Virus record (IMG/VR): IMGVR_UViG_3300020450_000018
Coordinates: 1 to 64,000 of that record
DNA from: a virus
Reading direction: 5' to 3' (one strand)
Length of the DNA stretch: 64,000 nucleotides
Position numbers and translations under genes: made by a program. Below, in pieces: positions 17,575 to 28,400 of this stretch; position 1 is the first letter of the stretch, and every line of letters starts with the position of its first letter. The notes under the pieces are model-generated. The model worked only from the letters and a program-made list of their open reading frames with translations. It did no database searches and was not told the DNA's origin.

Positions 17575-18603
17575 ATGAAAAGTGAACAGGAGTGTATAGA
17601 ATATTTTGTCTCAAGTTTTTTAGATGAGCAACATGGCAATGATTACTTTATTGCACATTGCATGGGAGTGTATACAATTCTCAAACAGATGGGTTCACCA
17701 TTAGAAATTTGTATAGCTGGATTATATCACTCAGTTTATGGAACAGAACATTTTACACCTGTTACACGTTTAACAGAACATACTGTTAAAGAATACATTG
17801 GAGAGAGATCAGAAGATCTTGTATCTACTTTTTGTTCTTTGACAGATAGAGATACCTCTATACTAAAAAACTTAAATAACTATGATGAGAGAAAGAGAAA
17901 AGATCTTTTGTATATTAACTATGCAAATTTAGTAGACCAATCTCAATCTCTAGATGATCCTAAATTAAAATTGTTACTAACAGAGTATCAAAGTGCACTA
18001 GCATCAACATCTCCTGTTTTTAATGATACAAAAAATGTCATTGAAATTTATGATGATTTGATCAGTAGCAGTGATTTGGATTGGATGCACACGTATTGTT
18101 TAAATTCTACCTTTACATGTGGACATGCAAGTAATCCTTTAGGATATGAAAGGGACAGTAGATTTTCTTCTCAAATTACAAATAGTGATTTAGAAAGTTC
18201 TGGTGTTTTAAGTGTTGTTAAATCAGTGTCAAAACAATTACAACAAAAATTGTATATTGGTAAATGTTATATCAATCATTATCAGTTGATGACGTCAACT
18301 GGTAGACATACTGATAGTGCCTTACCAAATACTTTTACTATCCTTATTTTTTGTAATAAGTATTGGGAAGAACCTTGGGGTGGAGAGTTAAAAATTTACA
18401 AAGATAAATCAAAAACACATAGTATAATTGATTATATTGCAGGAAGAGTTGTAGTGTTTGATTCTAGAATAGAGCATAAGGTAATGCCTCTTACACATGC
18501 AGCTAAAAAAGATAGGTTTACAATAGCAGTAAAATGTAGTAATATAGAAGGACTACAACATTTAATTTCAATGTATGGAGATGAAATTGTAGATGTACAA
18601 TAA
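17575..18603 (+). CDS. HD-like (DUF6817-type) domain fused to an Fe(II)/2OG oxygenase
   Basis: N-terminal AHCMGVY..L...AGLYHSVYGTE; C-terminal RHTD, WGGEL, VFDSRIEHKV, RFTIA. Confidence 0.82.
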   Translation: MKSEQECIEYFVSSFLDEQHGNDYFIAHCMGVYTILKQMGSPLEICIAGLYHSVYGTEHFTPVTRLTEHTVKEYIGERSEDLVSTFCSLTDRDTSILKNLNNYDERKRKDLLYINYANLVDQSQSLDDPKLKLLLTEYQSALASTSPVFNDTKNVIEIYDDLISSSDLDWMHTYCLNSTFTCGHASNPLGYERDSRFSSQITNSDLESSGVLSVVKSVSKQLQQKLYIGKCYINHYQLMTSTGRHTDSALPNTFTILIFCNKYWEEPWGGELKIYKDKSKTHSIIDYIAGRVVVFDSRIEHKVMPLTHAAKKDRFTIAVKCSNIEGLQHLISMYGDEIVDVQ

Positions 18604-19147
18604 TACATTATTTTCAATCGGTCTCTCTACCTTAGAATTGCAAGGTATGGATAATCAAATACTATGTAATTATGTAAAAGAAAATATTGGAAGACAAAAC
18701 AGACATGTGAACAGTGATGATGCAGAGTTATCAAAATTAAATGCAATAGTCTTACAACAAACTCAAAAAATACTTGATGGTACAATTTCAAATACCGATG
18801 TTAATAATCTAGAAACACAAATAAAACGTGTGTGGGTTAATCAAGATTTGAACACTGATATATCTACAACACATACACATAGAGATAGTTTTTTATCTGC
18901 AATATACTATCCAAAATCAACTGATGGTAAAATACATTTTTATATTCCTTCAGCTGATGTATATTTGTCTCATGTACCAATTTACAAATGTAAAGAGTAT
19001 AATGAGTACAATAGCACATTTTGGGAGTTTGATGTAAAGACAGGATATCTCCTCATCTTTAACTCTATGCTTCCACATGCTGCTCTACCCTCAAAAGAGG
19101 AAAGAGTATCCATTGTTTATGATATAGTAGTCAATGAAAACAATTAA
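18593..19147 (+). CDS. Putative Fe(II)/2OG oxygenase, TIGR02466-like
   Basis: VWVN, HTHRDSFLSAIYY, LIFNSMLPHAA, RVSIVYD. Confidence 0.83.
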   Translation: MYNNTLFSIGLSTLELQGMDNQILCNYVKENIGRQNRHVNSDDAELSKLNAIVLQQTQKILDGTISNTDVNNLETQIKRVWVNQDLNTDISTTHTHRDSFLSAIYYPKSTDGKIHFYIPSADVYLSHVPIYKCKEYNEYNSTFWEFDVKTGYLLIFNSMLPHAALPSKEERVSIVYDIVVNENN

Positions 19148-20594
19148 TTCTATTTGTATCATTGGTGGTGGGACTGCTGGATGGATGTCTGCTGCTTTTC
19201 TTTGCAACAAAAATCCAAAATTAAAAATAACCATTGTTGATAAAGAGATTGGAACTCCAGTCAGTGTAGGTGAAGCTACTATTTTAAACTTTGGTTTTTT
19301 TATGGATCAATGTGGATTTGATTCTGGTGAGTGGTTTAGTTCTTTAGATGCAACATATAAATCTGGAATTTTATTTCCTGATTGGGTAGAGGAAGGAAAA
19401 GATGTTTGGCATCCATTCTTCATGAACCCAACTCTTGATAGTGGAGAGACATCTCACGATGCTTGGTGTAAAAATAAAGATCTTGATTTTGTAGAGTATG
19501 CTCTACCAATGTATTACAACTCTATGGAAAATAAAGTTGATAAGAATGAAATTGGAGCATATGGGTTTCAGATTGATTGCGGAAAATTAGTTGAGTATCT
19601 AAGAAAAAAACTTGATAATAAAGTAACTTACATACCATCAGAAGCTGTTGAGATGTTTAAGTATAAGAATCATCTGATAAAACTTCTACTTAAAAATGAT
19701 ATGGAAATTACATCTGATTTCTTTATTGATTGTAGTGGATGGGAAAGTTTGTTAAAGGAATCTGATAAAGTTGATCTTACTGGTAGACTTTTCTGTGATA
19801 CTGCAATTGCTACCAGAGTTCCATACAATGATAGAAAAACAGAAATGAAACCTTATGTTGTTTCTAGATCTGTTGATTGTGGTTGGATTTGGGAGATTCC
19901 AATAAGAACTAGAATTGGATCAGGTTTAGTTTTTAACAAGTCTATAACTCCTATAGAAGAAGCTAAACAACATCTAATCAAACACTGGGACAATAGAATT
20001 ACAGAAGAAGATTTAAAAGTTCTTAACTGGACTCCATATTATTGTAAAAACATTTGGGAAGATAATGTAGTTTCAATTGGATTGTCCGCTGGTTTTATTG
20101 AACCATTAGAAAGCACTGGTCTTGCTTTAATGATTGATGGATTAAAAAAACTACAAACAAAAATTGCTGATGGTACGTGGAATAATCTAGATAAAGATCT
20201 TTATAATTTAGAAATGCAATCTGCATTTGAAGACTGTATTGATTTTGTTAGCATGCATTATTCTAAACCCTATAAGGATACTCCTTTCTGGAACCATGTA
20301 AGAGAGAATTATATCCCATCAGAAAGAATTAAATCTGTAGAAAATACACTATCCAAAAAATTATTGTATACTAATAACAGAAAAGAACATCACGTTTTCT
20401 CTGGTGCTAACTGGACAACGTGGATGATTCAAATGGGATATGATGTCAATTCAGATTCTACCTATATCAAAGAGATATCAAGAAAAAATTTACTTCGTTA
20501 TCATGAAAGAATTGAAAAGTATAGATCCTCATGGTCTGTGGATCATGAAAGTGATATAAGTAGAGTAGAATTATTTTATGAGTTAGGAAAATGA
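19134..20594 (+). CDS. Flavin-dependent tryptophan halogenase-like protein (PrnA family)
   Basis: GGGTAG FAD motif, VGEAT, ATYKSGI (catalytic Lys position), FIDCSG, GWIWEIP (WxWxIP), GFIEPLESTG. Confidence 0.9.
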   Translation: MKTINSICIIGGGTAGWMSAAFLCNKNPKLKITIVDKEIGTPVSVGEATILNFGFFMDQCGFDSGEWFSSLDATYKSGILFPDWVEEGKDVWHPFFMNPTLDSGETSHDAWCKNKDLDFVEYALPMYYNSMENKVDKNEIGAYGFQIDCGKLVEYLRKKLDNKVTYIPSEAVEMFKYKNHLIKLLLKNDMEITSDFFIDCSGWESLLKESDKVDLTGRLFCDTAIATRVPYNDRKTEMKPYVVSRSVDCGWIWEIPIRTRIGSGLVFNKSITPIEEAKQHLIKHWDNRITEEDLKVLNWTPYYCKNIWEDNVVSIGLSAGFIEPLESTGLALMIDGLKKLQTKIADGTWNNLDKDLYNLEMQSAFEDCIDFVSMHYSKPYKDTPFWNHVRENYIPSERIKSVENTLSKKLLYTNNRKEHHVFSGANWTTWMIQMGYDVNSDSTYIKEISRKNLLRYHERIEKYRSSWSVDHESDISRVELFYELGK

Positions 20595-21166
20595 TTGAGA
20601 GCTGGTTTCCAAGAACTATATTTGTAAAGAATAATATTCTTTTAGATAAACTTGAATACTATGAAAACTTTGTTGACCATATTGTAAATCAAGAGGGTTC
20701 AGAAAGAAATGGAATTCATTTTGTACAATCTACTCACAAATATTTTGATAGATTTCATGAGACTTCCCAGATGCAAGATCTAGTAAGAGAAATTAATACT
20801 AGTTCTCATGAATATCTAAGAGCACTAGGATATAATGATACCACAATAGCATCAACAAAAATTGCAAATATGTGGGCAAACGTTAGTGGTAAAGGAGATT
20901 ACCTCACTCCACACATACATGGTGAAAGTTTGCTTTCTGGTGCGTTTTATGTTTGTTCTGGTGAAGATGACAAACTTAGATTTTTTAATAACATAACAGA
21001 AAGTTTTTTAAAAGCACCAGACAATCCAAACCAATACAGTTATCAGTATTGTGAATATCCTTGTACGCCAGGAAGATTATTAATATTTAAAAGTAGTTTT
21101 ATGCATGGAACAGAGGCACAGAAATCAGATAAGAAAATTGTAATTTCTTTTAATATAACTACATAA
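20591..21166 (+). CDS. Putative Fe(II)/2OG oxygenase, TIGR02466-like
   Basis: MWANV, PHIHG..LSGAFY, PGRLLIFKSSFMHG, KIVISFN. Confidence 0.85.
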   Translation: MIESWFPRTIFVKNNILLDKLEYYENFVDHIVNQEGSERNGIHFVQSTHKYFDRFHETSQMQDLVREINTSSHEYLRALGYNDTTIASTKIANMWANVSGKGDYLTPHIHGESLLSGAFYVCSGEDDKLRFFNNITESFLKAPDNPNQYSYQYCEYPCTPGRLLIFKSSFMHGTEAQKSDKKIVISFNITT

Positions 21167-21437
21167 CTTCTTTAACTCTATCTTTGCTCTGCGCCCATCT
21201 TTCACGCATTTCTTTAGTAAAATACTCAAGACAAACTGTTTTTACCTCTGGTGTTAACCACCAATTTTCTTCAGTTGCCTCTCCAGATATATCATCATCT
21301 GGAGTAATTAATCTTGTGTGATGTCCAATAAAAACTTCAACGCTTCCTACAACGCTAAAATCTTTTTTTCTTACTAATACAGTTCCGTCACCATTGAGTT
21401 CAATGTGATCAACTTTACTTTGTTCTGTAATTGCCAT
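21159..21437 (-). CDS. Small tail-fibre-associated protein (putative chaperone/assembly factor)
   Basis: MAITEQSKVDHIE...HHTRLITPDDDISGE; has an AGGAG RBS; directly follows the adhesin gene. Confidence 0.65.
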   Translation of the reverse strand: MAITEQSKVDHIELNGDGTVLVRKKDFSVVGSVEVFIGHHTRLITPDDDISGEATEENWWLTPEVKTVCLEYFTKEMRERWAQSKDRVKEVM

Positions 21438-21455
21438 GTTTTATATCTCCTGCTA

Positions 21456-22445
21456 TTAAGTATATTTAATAACAATTGTACCAGATCCACCAGAACCACC
21501 GTTACCAGAACCGTAGTCCCATCCAGCACCACCGCCTCCGCCAACACCAGATCCGCCAGGTTGACCTTGAGATCCTTGACAACCACCGCCACCACCTGAG
21601 CCAGGTGCAGGACCAGGATTTGCATACTGTGCTTGACCTCTTCCGCCACCACCAACAGAAAGTGGAGCACCTGCAAAGTCGGTTGTGATACCAGCACCAC
21701 CAGTGTTTTGACCAAAGGAAGCACCACCAGCAGCACCAACTCCGCCACCTCCACCAAAGTTTCCTGGTTCGCCAGGATTACCAGATCCATTAGAAGCAGA
21801 GAAACCAGGTGCCTGAGGTTGTGTTGAATTACCTGCAGGAAAAGATCCAGAAGGATATATAGCTCCTCCTCCTCCACATCCACCAGGTCTTCCAGTACCC
21901 TGTCTACCAGGATGAGAAGATCCACCGCCACCGCCACCATAAGCGACTAGAGTTCCGAAAGTTGTATTTCCACCTTGATATCCATAACCACCATTTGTGC
22001 CAGGTGAAGAACCACCTTGTCCAACACCATAAGAGACAGACTGGCCAGGAGTTACAGGGAAACTATTGACTTGAACCATGGCACCGCCACCGCCACCGCC
22101 TCCAGTTCCTGATCCACCAGAACCACCGCCACCTACGAGTAATACATCAACAGAGGTAATACCATCGGGGACACTCCAAGTTCCAGATTGTGCTGTCAAA
22201 GTTACCTGAGATGGTTCAGCGTCAACCTGCTTCCATCCAGTTACTCCTGTATAAAATTCTAATTTATAGTTTGAGGTGTTAACACGAATAGATCCTTCTG
22301 TTGGAGATCCAGGTCTATTTGATGTTGACCCTGAGGGGACAACAACCTGAGAGGCACCACTTAAATTGATACCAACACCAGGAGCGAAGTTAATATCGCC
22401 ACTTCCTGGAACGGTACTCAATTCATTTACTTTTAACGTACTCAT
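21456..22445 (-). CDS. Glycine-rich putative tail-fibre adhesin
   Basis: MSTLKVN start, PSGSTSNRP...GSIRVNT module, WSVPDGITSVDVLLVGGGG, many polyglycine runs and terminal GGSGTIVIKY. Confidence 0.75.
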   Translation of the reverse strand: MSTLKVNELSTVPGSGDINFAPGVGINLSGASQVVVPSGSTSNRPGSPTEGSIRVNTSNYKLEFYTGVTGWKQVDAEPSQVTLTAQSGTWSVPDGITSVDVLLVGGGGSGGSGTGGGGGGGAMVQVNSFPVTPGQSVSYGVGQGGSSPGTNGGYGYQGGNTTFGTLVAYGGGGGGSSHPGRQGTGRPGGCGGGGAIYPSGSFPAGNSTQPQAPGFSASNGSGNPGEPGNFGGGGGVGAAGGASFGQNTGGAGITTDFAGAPLSVGGGGRGQAQYANPGPAPGSGGGGGCQGSQGQPGGSGVGGGGGAGWDYGSGNGGSGGSGTIVIKYT

Positions 22446-22477
22446 GAGTTAAACTTCTAAAGTCCTTTTGCTTTTTC

Positions 22478-22485
22478 TATTTATA
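22478..22485 (-). promoter_or_regulatory. Late promoter TATAAATA upstream of the adhesin gene
   Basis: Exact consensus immediately after the fibre stop codon. Confidence 0.7.
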
Positions 22486-25400
22486 CTACCTAACTGTCCA
22501 ACTAGCACCAGTTCCAATGGTTACTACATGACCACCACCTGCAACAATGGTTATAGGACCGTTTGAGGTAGCGATAGAACCATTGGGAATAGTGACAGAT
22601 TCAGCGATATCAGTGTTTGTTCCTCTGATAATTCCATAAGAGTCAAACCACTGAGCAGTGCCATTAACTCTCATAACTCCAGTCATGTTCAAGTCACCTG
22701 ATACATCTAATGTATATGCTGGACTTGGAACATTACCAATACCAACTTTAGAGTCTCTATAGATGTTAGCACCAGAATCATTTGCAGATTCTGTCCATCT
22801 AGAAGTAACAAACTCCTCATTATTCTGGAAGAACTGACCGTTAAGGTTCATATCACCTTCAACGTTCAAGATGTAATCTCTTTGTGTATTGGGAGTTGTA
22901 CTGGTATCAGTGCCAGAGAAACTGTTAGTATTAATACCAACTCTATTGTTAGCACCTTGAATAGCAAGTGCTGGTGCACCAGCAGGAGTTGCTAGACTCT
23001 TCCAGTTATCACTACCGTTTGTTTGTGATGCATAGATCTCAAAGAGATCAGGACCTCCACCAATATTAGTTCCTAAACGGAATCCTCTACCACCACCAGC
23101 ACCAGATCCACCACCCCTTAGTTGGATGTCTGCTTCTTGGTTTGCAGTTCCTTTCGCAATTCTTACACTATTAAGTGCGTGTGTGATATCACTGTAAATG
23201 TTCTGCCATCTTGTACCATCAGCACCAAGATCTTGGTCACTATCAGCACCAGCTAGAATATTACCACTACTATCAAATAGAATCTTGTAGTTTAAAGGAT
23301 CGTTTATTCCATCACTATATACAAATCCAAGGTTACCTTGTCCTGCCCAAGAAGATGAACCTCCATTGTAAATATTCCAATATTGTCCATTAGCATTCTT
23401 AAGTGCTATTGCAGCACCTGTAGTACTATTATCCTCTAATCTTAGTAGACCTGAACCAACTACATTAGATTCCCATCCATCTCCCTTAATATGGAGTTTT
23501 GTCTGTGGATCTGCATTACCAATTGCAACACGATTATCAGTAGAATCAACATATAATGTGTTTGTATCTACTGTTAGATCACCTCCAACAGTTGTGTTTG
23601 ATCCAACAGATAAAGTACCAGTGCTCTGAATACTAATTCCTGCTCCACCTGTTAAGGTAAGTGTACCAGTCATGGTATCACCAGACTTCAATACGTTAAG
23701 TGAAGCAGCACCTGTTAGTGATGCTGTAATTGTACCAGCAGAGAAGTTACCAGATGTGTCGCGTTGTACAGCAGATTTAAGTGACCCTGTAGAAACTACG
23801 TTTGCAGAGTTAAATGCAACATTACCTGCGTTCCAAATAATATTGTTATTAACCTTAAGTTCGTTTTCATTAACAACTTTAAATTCTAAAGTACCAGATC
23901 CCTCTGTTGCATTACCACCATCAGCAATGATGGCAGAGTTGTAACTAGGATTTCCATTAGTGTCTACAGCTTGTGCTTGTGATGAATTAAAATAGATGTA
24001 TGGATTTGTTGCACCATTACCATCATATCTACCAAGTCTTAGGAAACCAGTTCCAGAATTATTACCTAACTCTGCATATTGAATTGTGTTAGCATCGTAA
24101 ATCTCCCATTGTTCAAACTCTCTTTCATCACCAGCAACACCAAGGAATATAGCAGCAGTAATATTTCCACCAGAAGCAAGTCTTCCGATTAAAATTGTGT
24201 ATGTATTAGAAGAATCATTTTGATCTACAATTTGGTCAGTTGCAGTAATAGTAAAATCACCAACACTAATTTTATTAACATCAAAGAGGTCAATTGTATT
24301 GGTAGTCTCAAAGTCACCGCCAGGTGAAATGTCTAAATTTTGTCTTACTAAAATTCTATAGAAAACATCCGTTCCACCATATGATGAAACTTCAATTTTA
24401 TCTCTAAACTTAGTAGAACTTCTCCATACTGGAAGTCTAGTATCAAATATCTCATTAAGTTTAATATTTCTAGCATCTTGATACCATACACCTTGTTTGT
24501 TATCAAGTTTGTCAGCGTCTAAGCCTGAGTCTATACCTTGGTTTCCTGAGTTCCACACCTCATACCATGAACCATATGATGTTACAGCATCACCAGAACC
24601 ACGGAAGTATATTCTATCATCATTAGCAAAAGCAAGTTGTCTTACACCACCAAATGTAGCATCTCCACCAGTTTCTCCATTACGGAGAGTCATTACTAAA
24701 TGTTTGGCAGAGTTAGAGTTTCCAGTGTCTACACTTGGGAATGCAGATAACAAACCATTAGAGCTATTGAATAAAGTCTGTAATGTTATACCTTGTACAG
24801 CATCACTAGGACCAGGATTAGCATTAGCATTACTGGTACCAGTATCTAAACGAAGTGTGTTAGTAGATCTACCACTAATGTCAATACTGTATACTCCACT
24901 AGCAAGTTTGTCTGGAACAATACTACTGTCAACAAAGAATGCACCGTTAAGGTAGTAAGAACCTTGTTGACCATCTAACAAGTCAGCATCAAGTCCACTG
25001 TCAGGACCCATCTTAATAGAGACAGATCCATTTCCTTCATCACCAATATTAAATTGAGATTTCTTATATCTAGAAACACCAATAGTTCCAAATAGATCCT
25101 GAGAAATTGTTAGATCAGAAACTCTCTGAACATCTAATGCAATGTTAGCAAATTGTTTCTGAGTGGTAGCTACTTTTGCAAGTAGTACTAAGTTAGAACC
25201 AGATCCAATAATAGTTGGATTTGGAGTGACTTGGAAGTCTGCAGTATATCCACTACCTGCGTTTGTTACTGTACATGTAGTAACTACACCACTTTGACCA
25301 TTTTCACCAACAATAATATTTGCTCTAAGATCAACACCATTGTTTCCTGCTGGTGCATCTAGTGAGACGTCAAAGTATTGTCCATCTGTAAATCCTGTAC

Positions 25401-28400
25401 CACCGTTTGCAATAACAATAGAATCAATAAAGTCACCACCAGTGTTTGTGGAGTCAAAGATAAGTGGAGATGCACCACGATTAAATTCAATAACTGTTCC
25501 TAAAGGAATAGTTGCAGTAATTGGATTGTTAAAGGAGACAGTTGTTAATCCACCAACTACAGTAACTCCATTAACTGTTGTATCTGCAGCAATTCCAGCA
25601 ATTGAAGCTACGATGTCATGACCCTTAAGAACATCTGATAGTCCTTGGAAGATAAATGAACTTGAACCTGTAGATGCTTGAGCAGCAAGTCTTGCAAAGT
25701 ATCTTGTTTCTGCACCTTTCAGTGATTGAACAACCTTTGCATATCTTGAGTCACCTCTTAAGAAGGTAAAGGAGTTTGCAGCTTCAGAACCTAGTAAGGT
25801 TGTAGAAATAACGCCAGGACCTGTAAGAGATGAGACACCAACAGAGTCACTACTTAATGATACCCAGTTACTTGCAGTAAATCCAGATGTATTAACTACT
25901 CTGGTAATATTAATTGTATTTGCACTTGGAGAAGAACTATCATCAAAGGTATCAGTATCAAGCATCTTGATATTGTTGACGATGTTACCATACAATCTAC
26001 TTTCAATTAATGCATTTGCGGTTGCTTGTGTACCAGCGCCAGGTGGTGCTTGAATTGTAATTGTTGGTTGTGTTGTATATCCTAAACCACCAATGTAACT
26101 AGCATTTTCGTTAATTGTAATAGTAACAACTTCACCATTTGCAATCGTAGCGGTTGCAGTAGCTGCAACAGAACCTGAGGATGGGTTACCACCAGAGATG
26201 GTTACTGTTGGTGCAACAGTGTATCCAGAACCACCATCAGTAATATTGATTTTAAATAATACACCTTGTCTATATTCAGTAGACTGAATTCTACCTGTAG
26301 ATGGAGTACCAGTAAATACATCACCGATATTGAATGAGAGGGTAGAATCTACAGCAAATCCTAAGAATAAACTTGTTAGGTCATTGTTTAGAATGAAGGA
26401 AGTTTGTGTATCCTGTTGAATTGCGATGTCACCAGCAAGTGCTCCCTCTAGTGCTAGTCTAGCTGCTTCATCAGCAACTGTAAATACACTGAAAGGTCTT
26501 AGTGCTGGAATTTGATCAAGAGAGATTTTACCAGAATCAGTAAGTTCAACCAGTGCTCTAGGAACAGCGTTAGTAGAGAAAGGTTTGTTGATGTAAGGAC
26601 CTAAGTTGTTAGTAATATAATCCTTAACTGCCTTCTGAGTTGGTAGTTTGGAGTCACTAGCATTAGCACCACCAAGAGTGTTACTATTATCAAATCCAGT
26701 AACAACAACGTCACCACCTTTTAGTTTCAAGAACTCAACTTCAGAAATTGTAACTGTACCAGTAAAGGTAATGTTACCAGTTCTGTTCTCAATTCTAGCA
26801 AAAGTACCAACCTTGAAGTCTCCAAGTTCGTCAGTACCAGAAACATATACACGACCATAATTTTCAGAAACCTGTTCAAATGCCTCTACTTTTGTACCAC
26901 CGTTCTCAGGTAGTGCAAGGTAGTTTGTACCTGATCCTGCAAATTCCCAAGTATGTGATGAGGAGTTAACGATAGATGGTCTATGTAACTTAATGGTTGC
27001 ATTAGATGCACCAGAAGGTGTCAATGCAGCTTGTAATGCAGCAAGACCAGCAATAGTGTTTCCAGTTGCTTCCTCAATTAGAGTTAATCCATTACCAATA
27101 CCATCATCAATTGTAAGAGTTGCAGAGAAAGGAGGTCCTACAGTGACAGAAGAAACAGAATCAATGAAGAATTCTTTTTCTGGATCTGCATTTCTATATC
27201 CATCAAATTTAACGATGTAATGTTCAAGTGGTTCTCTACCAATGCCACCAATAGTAAGAGTAGTTCTACCAGTTGGAGTTTGTGAAACTACATTAACTGT
27301 ACCAACGTCAAATGTATAGCACTCTCTTCTAAATCCTGTTCCTCTTAATGCAAATGTACCGAAGTTGGTAGCAGAGTTAGTAATAGATGCATAACCACCA
27401 GATTCACAGAGAACACCATCTTGACAGAAGATAACGAACACAGAAACTAACTGCGTATATCCATCCTCTATAACTTTATATCCTGTACCACCAAACGACA
27501 CAATCGTGAACGCAGCAGCAACCATTGATTTACCCTGATTAGGGAATGATGCAGTTCCATCTGGTTCAAGACCAGGAAATGGACAGTTAGGTTGTTTAAC
27601 TTTAGATCCATCAACCAGTGCACCACCACCACCTCTAAAGGAGATAACAGATGCGTTTTGTGTATATGGAGATGCCTCAATGATTGGGAAATCATCAAAT
27701 ATACTACGAATCGCCATACGTTGACCAGAAGTATCATTGATGAAACTATCTGGATATGTAATGATATCAACAGTATTGTATAATGTTCCAAAAGTTTGAG
27801 TGGTGGAACCAGCTGCAGTTGTTCCATCTATAATATCTTCAAATAATTCTAATGCTGTATCAATACTAGATTCTACACCTGCACAAATAGCATTGTTTGC
27901 AGCACTTGTAGAGGAATAAGCACTTACAGCATCAGCAGTAGCACTTACAAATGCATGAGTTGACTGTGGAAGATGTGAAACTGCATTAGAAGTTGCAAAC
28001 TGGAATTGATGTGTATATTGATCACTCTGAGAGGATGCACCTACATTGACAGTAATTGAGGTAGCAGTTTTTCCTGTGATTGGAATAGACTTACCAGATA
28101 TAGGATCAGTTGATCTTGGATATGTATGATTAGTAGCAAAATTATCTTGAGAACATCTAAAGGTTAGAGAGTCGTCAGCAATAACAACACCTTCACCAAC
28201 ATCTAGAGTATGAGTACCAATCTCCAGTGTCATTATCCCCGTTGCAGGATCGTAAGTTGCAGCAGTTGGTGTAAACTGTACGTTAGGACCTGAAGTACCA
28301 ACATTAACAGTTACTGTATTTGTTGTTGTAGCAGTAATTACAAGATTATTTGCATATGCAGGTTGACCATCTTTTGGATACTTATGCTCTGTAGCATCGT

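Noticed and set aside
21374-21940. 188-aa minus-strand Val/Leu-rich ORF and short plus-strand ORFs over the adhesin
   Set aside because: Alternative-frame artefacts of GGT/GGC glycine repeats.
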